A stretch of DNA of 64,000 nucleotides from a virus, in IMG/VR virus record IMGVR_UViG_3300023314_000001, positions 1-64,000 of that record; one strand, 5' to 3'. Numbering within the stretch: position 1 is the first letter of the stretch; each line of letters starts with the position of its first letter. The notes under the pieces were generated by a model, which was given only the letters and a program-made list of their open reading frames with translations, searched no databases and was not told the origin of the DNA. Both the position numbers and the translations under genes were made by a program. Of this stretch, positions 24,285 through 32,661 are shown in pieces.

Positions 24285-24734
24285 ATGGACGAAAAAGATA
24301 AAATAATTAAGGAGCTAGAAGCAAAACTTTTGAAGTTTAAGGAGCCATTAAACGCGCTTAATTTGAAAGTAGATTCTAAAAATAAAATAGAGAGATTAGA
24401 TAAGTTTTTAACCGCTTATTCCGAGTTAAGAATGACCGAAGAAAATAAATTGCTTCCTTCTCAAAAGCCTATTTTACTTTATTATTTATTAAAAGGTATT
24501 TCAGAAGATGTGATTCAGCTTTTAATTGAAGATAATCCCGAAAGAGCAAAAGTAAAGAAAGGTAAACAATTGACAAGAAATCATCTTCACGCCATTAATA
24601 AGAAATTAAGAGATAGAGGATATTTAGTGCGCGACGAAAAAAACTATCAAAAATTTAAATTGTCGCCAGATTTAGAAACAATAAGAAAGAAAGTCTTAGA
24701 TGAAGACTGTAAATTAATTTTAATGACGTTTTGA
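24285..24734 (+). CDS. hypothetical protein (possible DNA-binding regulator)
   Basis: 149-aa ORF, first gene of the rightward block, basic and helical. Confidence 0.6.
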   Translation: MDEKDKIIKELEAKLLKFKEPLNALNLKVDSKNKIERLDKFLTAYSELRMTEENKLLPSQKPILLYYLLKGISEDVIQLLIEDNPERAKVKKGKQLTRNHLHAINKKLRDRGYLVRDEKNYQKFKLSPDLETIRKKVLDEDCKLILMTF

Positions 24735-25195
24735 AACAACTGAGTTATTTAGATGACATATTAAAAGAAGTATTTAGAAAACATAAATTAACTTATGATT
24801 ACAAACAATGTTTAGATGGAGTTAATTGGATGTTTGAATATATTGTCCAGGAAACAAAAAACCCAGAAGTATTTGCAATAAATTTACCTTATTTAGGCCA
24901 TTTATATAAAAACCAAAACTTCTTAATAAACAGCAAAAAATTCATGGAAGTTGGATCTGAACCATATAAAAAAGTGGAAGATCAAATACAACAGATAAAA
25001 AGATTTGGAGACGAGAACGGTTGGGGAACGCCTCATTTAAAATTACCATTGTTTTTTACTTTCAATAAATATATTTGTGAAAGATTTGAAATAACAGAAA
25101 CGGCCAGAAGAATGCATAAACCAAGTCATCAAATATACGCCGCAACAGAATACATACAAAACAAAGAATATAAAAGATTAACCGAAAATAAATAA
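24731..25195 (+). CDS. hypothetical protein (TTG start as listed)
   Basis: 154-aa ORF. The TTG overlaps the upstream TGA, and the next in-frame ATG is 33 codons later. Confidence 0.55.
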   Translation: MKQLSYLDDILKEVFRKHKLTYDYKQCLDGVNWMFEYIVQETKNPEVFAINLPYLGHLYKNQNFLINSKKFMEVGSEPYKKVEDQIQQIKRFGDENGWGTPHLKLPLFFTFNKYICERFEITETARRMHKPSHQIYAATEYIQNKEYKRLTENK

Positions 25196-25203
25196 AAATA
25201 AAA

Positions 25204-26856
25204 TTGGAGAATAGAGTAGTTTACGGCCAAGAAGCCAGAAAGTTATTGAAAGAAGGAGTAGATTTAGTTGCAAATGGAGTTAAAGTTACTCTTGGTAAAC
25301 AAGGGTTAAATGTAATGTGCGTAAGAGATTTACTTTTACCTATATTAACAAAAGACGGAGTATCTGTATCTAAAGAAATTGAATCTGAAAATCCTATAAT
25401 TAACGCAGGAGCATCACTAGTAAAACAGGTTTCAAATCAAACAAATGAGGGAGCTGGGGATGGAACCACTTCTAGTGTAGTACTTGCACAGGCTATTGTT
25501 CATGAAGCAGATTTTGTTTTAAACACTGGGAAAGTAAATGCAATATCATTAAAAAGAGGACTAGATTTAGCTTTAGATTTCTCTTTAAAACATTTAAAAA
25601 CTTTATCTAGAAACTCAAGTAATTTAAAAACACTTAAAAGCATAGCAAATGTTTCTACAAATGGAGATGAAGAAATATCTGATTTAGTTGTTGAAGCTTT
25701 CAGAAAAGTAGGCAAAAGTGGAGCAATAAAGGTAGAAGAAACAGATGATATCACTTCCTCTGTAGAATCATCTTTAGGGTATGAATTAGATGTACCATTT
25801 TCTTTGGCGGAATTTATCAATGACCGAGAAAAGTTTGAAGCTGTTTTTGAAGATATGAATGTTTTAATTTACCAAGGACACCTAAAAGATAAAAGACAGT
25901 TAAATAAAGCTATTGAATTATCAACAACTAAGGATGAAAATGGAGAATTAGGAGTATTTGAAGGACTTTTAATTATTTGTGATAACATTTCTGGCCATGT
26001 TCAAAAAGAGATTTTAGAGTTTAGTTATCAAGGATTTAAAATGATGAATTTAAGATCACCTTCTTTCGGAGTAAGAAAAAATGAAACACTTAAGGATATA
26101 GCTGCTTTAATAGGAGCAAAAGTCTACAGTGAGGACTTAGGCGATGATTTAGACAATGTTACCTTAGAAGGGCTAGGACACATTGATAAAGTAATTTCAG
26201 ACGCTAATAAGTCAGTTTTAATCGGCGGAAAAGGAAATCAAGAAGAAATCAAAGAAAGAACAGCAATTGTAAAACAACAAATTAAAAACATCACTGGAGG
26301 TAAAAAAGAAACAGAATATGTAAAAGAAAGATATTCTAAATTAACCAAAGGAGTTGCTGTAATTAAAGTAGGTGGATATTCCGCGCCAGAAAAAAGAGAA
26401 AAGACAGACAGAGTAGAAGACGCTCTATGCGCAGTTAAAGCTTGTTTAGAAGAAGGATATGTAGCTGGTGGAGGTGTAACCTATTTAAACATATCAACTG
26501 CTCTTAAATCGGCTAAAATAGAGACTAGAAATAAAGATGAACAAAAAGGAGTTGAAGTTTTAATAAGATCACTTGAATACCCATTTACTCAAATTTTAGA
26601 AAACGCGGGAATAAAATATAAAAGTAGATTCTTCTGGAAAAATAAATTTATAGAAAGGATAGAAAAACAAGAATACGGTTATGGAATAGATTTAGAAAAT
26701 AATGATTTTACAGATTTATTTGAAAGAGGAATTATTGACCCAACAAAAGTAGAAAGACTAGCTCTTCAAAATGCAGTATCTATTTCAGGAACATTCTTAA
26801 CTTTAGGAGCAATTACTTATAATAACGCATCAATATTTACAGCAAATGGAAAATAA
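25204..26856 (+). CDS. groEL: GroEL/Cpn60-family chaperonin (TTG start)
   Basis: VVYGQEARKLLKEGV aligns to GroEL VKFGNDARVKMLRGV. The ATP motif is GAGDGTTSS, and AVKACLEEGYVAGGGV is also present. Length is 550 aa with no C-terminal GGM tail. Only TTG is available between the upstream in-frame stop (25189) and the conserved N-terminus. Confidence 0.9.
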   Translation: MENRVVYGQEARKLLKEGVDLVANGVKVTLGKQGLNVMCVRDLLLPILTKDGVSVSKEIESENPIINAGASLVKQVSNQTNEGAGDGTTSSVVLAQAIVHEADFVLNTGKVNAISLKRGLDLALDFSLKHLKTLSRNSSNLKTLKSIANVSTNGDEEISDLVVEAFRKVGKSGAIKVEETDDITSSVESSLGYELDVPFSLAEFINDREKFEAVFEDMNVLIYQGHLKDKRQLNKAIELSTTKDENGELGVFEGLLIICDNISGHVQKEILEFSYQGFKMMNLRSPSFGVRKNETLKDIAALIGAKVYSEDLGDDLDNVTLEGLGHIDKVISDANKSVLIGGKGNQEEIKERTAIVKQQIKNITGGKKETEYVKERYSKLTKGVAVIKVGGYSAPEKREKTDRVEDALCAVKACLEEGYVAGGGVTYLNISTALKSAKIETRNKDEQKGVEVLIRSLEYPFTQILENAGIKYKSRFFWKNKFIERIEKQEYGYGIDLENNDFTDLFERGIIDPTKVERLALQNAVSISGTFLTLGAITYNNASIFTANGK

Positions 26857-27274
26857 TGAAATTTTAGAAAATTTACAAGAAAAAATAATAAAGTTAAACA
26901 AGATTCTAGAAAAAATTAGAATTGAGAATAATGGAGAAGTTACACAAGAATACTTACAAACTAGAGAAAAATACTTCAATAAAATATCAGTATTAAGAAA
27001 AAGACAATTAAAAATTATATCCTGTGAGACTACAAAGTTACTTTCTAATATGAAAGACATAGTTTCAGATTCCAATTATGGGCTAAAAAATTATTTAATA
27101 AATACAAATGAAATTCTTTTAAAGAAATACAGGCAAATTAGAGAAATTGCTATTAAAGATATAGATAAAAATATAGCAGAGTTAGAAACTAAGATAAAAG
27201 AGGATATTTTTTATAAGAATATAGTTTGTGAAGAAAATGTCATATGTGAATTAAAATTTGAAGATGAAAAGTAA
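26846..27274 (+). CDS. hypothetical coiled-coil protein
   Basis: 142-aa K/E/I-rich ORF overlapping the groEL end by 11 nt. Confidence 0.6.
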   Translation: MENNEILENLQEKIIKLNKILEKIRIENNGEVTQEYLQTREKYFNKISVLRKRQLKIISCETTKLLSNMKDIVSDSNYGLKNYLINTNEILLKKYRQIREIAIKDIDKNIAELETKIKEDIFYKNIVCEENVICELKFEDEK

Positions 27275-27569
27275 ATTCTTAAAGTTGTCAACTTGGAAGA
27301 TGATCCTTAATTCTAGATTAATTGCTTACAAAAATAGTAAGGAGCCTTGGTGTAAAGAACGAAGAGAAATCTGTAAAAATTGTGAATATAATAGTAAAAA
27401 TAAAAGCGATTTATCTTTTAAAGAAAAATTATTTATGTCTTTACAAATAACAAAATCAATATGCACCGCGTGTTTTTGTTCAGTTGCTCGAAAGACTTTA
27501 ATTAAGCAAAGTTCGTGCGGATTAGAAGAAATAGATTTAACTCCAAAATGGCGCGAAAAAGAAAACTAA
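27258..27569 (+). CDS. hypothetical Cys-rich protein
   Basis: 103 aa with CKERREICKNCEYN ... CTACFCSV ... SSC. Confidence 0.55.
   Translation: MKMKSKFLKLSTWKMILNSRLIAYKNSKEPWCKERREICKNCEYNSKNKSDLSFKEKLFMSLQITKSICTACFCSVARKTLIKQSSCGLEEIDLTPKWREKEN
27549..27561. repeat. GC-core element TGGCGCGAAAAAG (rightward block copy)
   Basis: In the sense strand it reads TGGCGCGAAAAAGAAAACTAA at the end of 27258..27569, 21-33 nt upstream of the ATG at 27582. It parallels the 20191 copy on the other strand. Confidence 0.5.
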
Positions 27570-27581
27570 AAACAAAATAAT

Positions 27582-27911
27582 ATGCAAGTAATAGACAAAC
27601 AAACAAATACAGAAATAGAGAAATCAACAGATAGATACATTATCAATTTCGGCATTCTAAAAAAGAACCAAATAGCAAAAAGAACAGTTCAAATAAAAGG
27701 AAATAATTTAGAAGGGCTTACATCACAATCAGACTGTTCATGCACAGAAAGTAGCCCAGAAGTAATTGATAAAAACACAATTGAAATTGAATTACAATAC
27801 AAAAACACTCACATTACAAAACCATTTGATAAAAAAGTGTATTTAAATTTCCATGAAGACAAACAACCAAAAGTAGCAACAATTAATATTAAAGGACAAA
27901 TAACACTATAA
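27582..27911 (+). CDS. DUF1573-like protein (tentative)
   Basis: FGILKKNQIAKRTVQIKGNNLEGL ... SDCSCTE resembles the Bacteroidota DUF1573 pattern (fdfG.v..g ... N.G...L.i ... CgCT). Confidence 0.4.
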   Translation: MQVIDKQTNTEIEKSTDRYIINFGILKKNQIAKRTVQIKGNNLEGLTSQSDCSCTESSPEVIDKNTIEIELQYKNTHITKPFDKKVYLNFHEDKQPKVATINIKGQITL

Positions 27912-27915
27912 CATT

Positions 27916-28164
27916 TTGAATTACACACAAGAATCATTAAGAGCATTACAAGCACTAGGTCAAAAACATCAAGATATGAACCTAGGAGACTTGTTATTTA
28001 CAGCATTTCAAAAAGAGGCGGTAAAAAATGGAGTGTCGCTAAGCTTTCTAAGAAAACTATCTAGCGAGGATGCTTATACATTAGTAGAAAACGCAATCAA
28101 TACAGATTTCGCAGACGAACAATATACAGAAGAAGAATTTGAAAATTGGCAAAATAAAAAATAA
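27916..28164 (+). CDS. hypothetical protein (TTG start as listed; alternative ATG at 27976)
   Basis: 82-aa ORF. Confidence 0.5.
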   Translation: MNYTQESLRALQALGQKHQDMNLGDLLFTAFQKEAVKNGVSLSFLRKLSSEDAYTLVENAINTDFADEQYTEEEFENWQNKK

Positions 28165-28674
28165 ATGAACAAATTTTACGACATAATAATCGCAAAACAC
28201 AAAGAATACTTACTTTATAATGAATTTCTAGAAAAAACTAAACTTGATTTCAAAGATAAAAGACAATCCGCGGTAGAAAAAGTTTATCAACTAAATTTCA
28301 ATGAAAGCAAAGAAGTAGAAGAACTGATTGTTCCAGAAGAATTCACTAACTTACTTTACGATTTAAAAATAGAAGAAACAATATACATGCAAGATCTACA
28401 AAATATATTCTACACTCTATACTTAAACGTAAAAACTTATTTAGAAATTGGAGACGGAATGATATTACCAAAAGAAATTACAGAATTATGTGAGAGCTTA
28501 GAGTATTTAATTCCTAAACCATTCTTCGTAGTAGACAGTAAACTTTCGGCAAAAGAAACTGAAAAAGGAAGACTACAGCAAAGAAAAGAAAGCTTAACTA
28601 AAGGCCTTGAATTAGAGCAAATTAAAAACATAGTCTTGCAAGCAATTAAAGCGCAGGAAAATACGAAAAAATAG
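28165..28674 (+). CDS. hypothetical protein
   Basis: 169-aa ORF abutting the upstream stop. Confidence 0.6.
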   Translation: MNKFYDIIIAKHKEYLLYNEFLEKTKLDFKDKRQSAVEKVYQLNFNESKEVEELIVPEEFTNLLYDLKIEETIYMQDLQNIFYTLYLNVKTYLEIGDGMILPKEITELCESLEYLIPKPFFVVDSKLSAKETEKGRLQQRKESLTKGLELEQIKNIVLQAIKAQENTKK

Positions 28675-28680
28675 AAACAA

Positions 28681-28716
28681 ATCCCTCTAAGTAAAAATAC
28701 ACTGAGGGATTTTATA
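28681..28716 (+). terminator. possible terminator or attenuator
   Basis: ATCCCTC-16 nt-GAGGGAT followed by TTTTATAAT. Confidence 0.5.
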
Positions 28717-28726
28717 ATATAAAAAT

Positions 28727-29863
28727 ATGCCAAGGAATAGAAAAACTCGAACAAAAGAACAGTTTATAAAAGAATGTGAAAAATTACACGGACAGTTATA
28801 TGACTACACTTTAACCGATTATAAAAACTGCAAAGAAAAAGTAAAAATAGTTTGTAAAACCCACGGAGTTTTTGAATTAATAGCGGACAATCATCAAAGA
28901 AAAGACGGGTGTCCAACTTGCAGAAAAGAAAAATCAATTGCCGAAAGAAAAGCATCTTTTATTAAAAGAGCTAAAGAAATACATGGAGACACATATGACT
29001 ACTCTTTAGTTAATTATATAAAAAATCAAGATAAAGTTACCCTGATATGTAATGTGCATGGAGAATTTTTACAAAAGCCTCTAAACCATCTGCAAGGAAA
29101 TGGTTGTAATAAATGTAATATTCAAAAAAGATTTGATGATAGATTAACAACCGATGAATTTATTAAAAAGGCTAAACTTATTCACGGAGATACATATTTA
29201 TATAATAAAACAAAATATGTAAGGTTTGATGATCCTGTTACGATTGAATGTAAACACCACGGTATTTTTGAACAAAAACCTACTAATCATATAAAAGGAG
29301 CGGGTTGTATTAAGTGCGGTATAAATAAAATTTCAAATAAATTTATAAGCAATACGAAAGACTTTATAAGTAAGGCTATAAAAATTCATGGTAATAGGTA
29401 CGACTATAAAGACATAGAATATACTCACAGCAGACAAAAAGTTAAAATTAAATGCAGTACACATGGAACTTTTGAGCAAACTCCTTCAACTCATTTAAAA
29501 GGTTCTGGATGTCAAAAATGCGCTTCTTTGATTAATGTATATAAGAGAGAAGATTATATAAAGCTATCAAAAAATGCCATTTTATATTTAGTATTATTAG
29601 AATTTGGGGATGAAAAATTTTATAAAATAGGGAAAACAAAAAATACAACAAACGAAAGATTATCTAACAACACTTCTATATATAAACATATAGTAGTGAA
29701 TGAGTATTTGGATACTTCAGGAACTATTTTTGACTTGGAAATAGAGTTGCATAACAAATATTTGGAATATAAGTATAAACCAAAAGTTATTTTTGCAGGA
29801 CATACAGAATGTTATAATTTAGATTTACCAATAGAAGAAATTATAAAATTAAATACTAAATAA
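28727..29863 (+). CDS. free-standing homing-endonuclease-like protein: four Zn-ribbon repeats plus a T5orf172 (GIY-YIG superfamily) domain
   Basis: Four tandem copies of about 55 aa fit F-I-x-[KR]-A-x-x-[IL]-H-G-x-x-Y-D-Y ... C-x-x-H-G-x-F ... H-[LI]-x-G-x-G-C-x-x-C. These are followed by ILYLVLLEFGDEKFYKIGKTKNTTNERL, which fits the T5orf172 signature. Confidence 0.65.
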   Translation: MPRNRKTRTKEQFIKECEKLHGQLYDYTLTDYKNCKEKVKIVCKTHGVFELIADNHQRKDGCPTCRKEKSIAERKASFIKRAKEIHGDTYDYSLVNYIKNQDKVTLICNVHGEFLQKPLNHLQGNGCNKCNIQKRFDDRLTTDEFIKKAKLIHGDTYLYNKTKYVRFDDPVTIECKHHGIFEQKPTNHIKGAGCIKCGINKISNKFISNTKDFISKAIKIHGNRYDYKDIEYTHSRQKVKIKCSTHGTFEQTPSTHLKGSGCQKCASLINVYKREDYIKLSKNAILYLVLLEFGDEKFYKIGKTKNTTNERLSNNTSIYKHIVVNEYLDTSGTIFDLEIELHNKYLEYKYKPKVIFAGHTECYNLDLPIEEIIKLNTK

Positions 29864-29864
29864 T

Positions 29865-32597
29865 ATGGCAGATGATTTTGTCGGGAGGTTTATAAAAGAG
29901 CATAAAGAATACTTCTCTAGGAATGAAAAGATTATAGAATCTAATACTTGGAATGAAGTAGAGAATTATAATAATACTTTAAGTAGTTTTGCAGAACAAG
30001 TTTTACAAATATCTAATAGTAATAAAAAGGATAAAGAAAAGCAGATTAAAGAATTACAAAAAGAAATAAAGCTATACACAGATTCTGCAAAGAAAACTAA
30101 AGAGGCTTTATTTAAACAAGAGAATGAACTTACAAGTTCTATATTAGGACGTTTGTCGGCTTTTATAAAAGAAGCTGAAAGTAGCGGAGATAGAAAAAAT
30201 GAAAGAGTCCAACCGTTCATAGACTTGACAGTAAAGATTATTAATTTACACATTAATAAGTGCAATAAATACTTGGCTTATAACTTAGATGCTATAAATC
30301 AATCAGTGGATAATGAGCAGGAAGCAGAGTACAGATCTAGTGAAATTGTATTTCAAGATGAAGTTTTCACGTCAAAGATTAAAATACAAGATGATTTACA
30401 TAAATTAAATATATCAGGAGATATAGACAACGTAAAAATAACATTCTTTAAAGACCAAAAAGCAACTATCCCTATGATAGATGTTTTGAAAACCTACAGT
30501 AGTGAAATTAGAGAATTAACTAAAAAATTAAATCTACCTAAAAAAGTAGGAGATATTGAATTCTATATACATAAAGAAAAAAGAGAAGAAGAAACAGGAA
30601 TACAGGAGATACCTCAATGGGAAGAAAAGAAGCATTTTTGGGAGCAAAAATCAGAGGTATTAAATTTTTGGTATAATGAGTGGCTTAAAATCACATTAGG
30701 ATTTACAGTAGACGGATACTTCTTTCATCCTTGGTTATACTACCATCTTAATTTTTATAAAACTTTAATTCCGCAAAAAGACGGAACAGAGCCAGTAATA
30801 AATCCCACATTTAGGGATAATGAACAATATCTTGCGGAGCTACTTAAAAAATGTGATGAAGTTAAGAATAGAGGGATACTACTATACGGAACCAGACGTT
30901 ATGGTAAATCCGTTACCATGTCGTCTGTATGTGAGTGGAAAGCATTAATTAAAGATAACGCATCTACAGCAATAACTTCAGGATCAGCAGGAGATTTAGC
31001 AGAACTCACCCATAAGATGAGAACTTCTATGAAATTTAAAGTACCTGCGTTTCAACTTCCTGTACAAAAGCAAGAGTGGGATGGAGGAATAGTGGAATTA
31101 GGGTTAAAATGGGACTCTTCTACTTTAATAGAACATTCCAGACACACAATTAAAAACTTAAGTGGTGGGGCTACAACATCAACACAAAAGACAGCTGGAG
31201 GGGCTCCGAGCATCTTCCTTATAGAAGAAATAGGAAAAACCGCTTGGGAAAAAGCATATTTAGCCGCTATACCATCTTTTGAAACCCCAGATGGATTTAA
31301 GACTACAATTATTGCAGTGGGGACTTCTGGAGAAGCTTCTTTGTCTAAAGATGCCATGAAAGCAGTCTCTAATCCTTCATCTTTTAAGTTTTTAGAAATG
31401 GATTGGGATTTACTAGAGAAACACATTCCACCTGAAGCAATAACTTGGAAAAGAAGAACATTTGCCAATTTTGTACCAGCACAGATGGCATACAAGACTG
31501 GTTTTAAAAGAATAGAAAGGAGATTTGGAGATTTCTTAGGAATTGAATCAGAATATTTGAATAAAATAATTATACATCAAACAGATTGGGTTAATAATAC
31601 TAGAGTGTTACTTGAGGCGCGAAAAGAAGTTGAAAAAGATGCTTTAAAATTACAACAAGAAACAATACAATACCCTATTGACCCTGAAGAATGTTTCTTA
31701 TCCGCAGAGAAGAATCCATTCCCATATATGGAAGCAATCAAAAGAAAACAGTATTTAATAGAAACAGGTAAATGGGATAGAAGAAGAGTATTATATAAGG
31801 ATGATAAAGGTAAACTAAAAGCTCAAATATCTACGATGCCTTTAATTGAGTATCCTCATAAAGGAGGGATAGCGGACGCACCTTTGCTTATATTTGAAGA
31901 TATTCCTGAAACACCTCCCGTAGATAATCTTTATATTTCAAGTTTTGACGATGTAAAGCAAGATGATTCTGATACAGATTCACTTATATCTTTCCAAATA
32001 TGGAAGATGAAAACATTTGGAGATGAATGGGGAGGAAGACTAGTCTTATCCTGGACTTTGAGACCTGAAAATAGAAGACCAATGTATGAAAAATGGCTAC
32101 TACTCCAACAAGCTTATAATGCAAAAGCATTCCCTGAAAATGAAGATATGGGTTATAAATCATTTCTAGAAACAAAACATTTAGATGAGAGATGGTTAAT
32201 AAGCGCTGTTGACTTTACATCAGCTATGAATATAAATAGTAATCAAAAAAGAAAATACGGATGGACACCAAGACAATCTAAAAGAGTCTTATTAGGTCTT
32301 ATGAAAGATAAGATGGAAGACCCAGTATTTGCAGGAAGTGATGAAGAAGGTGACATAGAAATCATGGGTGTTCAGCAAGTAGATGACATAGGGTTACTAG
32401 AAGAAATTATAAATTACAAAGAAGATGTCAATGTAGATAGAATTTCAGCAGCATTAGGAGCTGTAGGTTGGATGCACTATTTAGAAATCAACTGGATATT
32501 ACCGAAACAAGTTAGAGAACAAACAGAAGAAGAGAAAAATCGAGTATTTAGAAAATCTCCAATTAGAGGAGGAAGAGGTGGTAGAACAAGACTCTAA
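29865..32597 (+). CDS. terL: terminase large subunit with a roughly 290-aa N-terminal coiled-coil extension
   Basis: Walker A-like LLYGTRRYGKS, Walker B-like IFLIEEIGK, and a C-terminal acidic nuclease-like motif ISSFDDVKQDD. It lies immediately upstream of the portal candidate. Confidence 0.75.
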   Translation: MADDFVGRFIKEHKEYFSRNEKIIESNTWNEVENYNNTLSSFAEQVLQISNSNKKDKEKQIKELQKEIKLYTDSAKKTKEALFKQENELTSSILGRLSAFIKEAESSGDRKNERVQPFIDLTVKIINLHINKCNKYLAYNLDAINQSVDNEQEAEYRSSEIVFQDEVFTSKIKIQDDLHKLNISGDIDNVKITFFKDQKATIPMIDVLKTYSSEIRELTKKLNLPKKVGDIEFYIHKEKREEETGIQEIPQWEEKKHFWEQKSEVLNFWYNEWLKITLGFTVDGYFFHPWLYYHLNFYKTLIPQKDGTEPVINPTFRDNEQYLAELLKKCDEVKNRGILLYGTRRYGKSVTMSSVCEWKALIKDNASTAITSGSAGDLAELTHKMRTSMKFKVPAFQLPVQKQEWDGGIVELGLKWDSSTLIEHSRHTIKNLSGGATTSTQKTAGGAPSIFLIEEIGKTAWEKAYLAAIPSFETPDGFKTTIIAVGTSGEASLSKDAMKAVSNPSSFKFLEMDWDLLEKHIPPEAITWKRRTFANFVPAQMAYKTGFKRIERRFGDFLGIESEYLNKIIIHQTDWVNNTRVLLEARKEVEKDALKLQQETIQYPIDPEECFLSAEKNPFPYMEAIKRKQYLIETGKWDRRRVLYKDDKGKLKAQISTMPLIEYPHKGGIADAPLLIFEDIPETPPVDNLYISSFDDVKQDDSDTDSLISFQIWKMKTFGDEWGGRLVLSWTLRPENRRPMYEKWLLLQQAYNAKAFPENEDMGYKSFLETKHLDERWLISAVDFTSAMNINSNQKRKYGWTPRQSKRVLLGLMKDKMEDPVFAGSDEEGDIEIMGVQQVDDIGLLEEIINYKEDVNVDRISAALGAVGWMHYLEINWILPKQVREQTEEEKNRVFRKSPIRGGRGGRTRL

Positions 32598-32639
32598 AAT
32601 TAAGTAATTTGTTAAAACTATTATTTATGTGTAAATTTG
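32596..32639 (+). promoter_or_regulatory. late promoter copy 1 (AAAATTAAGTAATTTG-N20-TAAATTTG)
   Basis: -33 TTTG at 32608-32611, 20-nt spacer, -7 TAAATTTG at 32632-32639. The ATG at 32662 follows 22 nt later. Confidence 0.7.
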
Positions 32640-32661
32640 CGGATTAACTACACATAAATAT

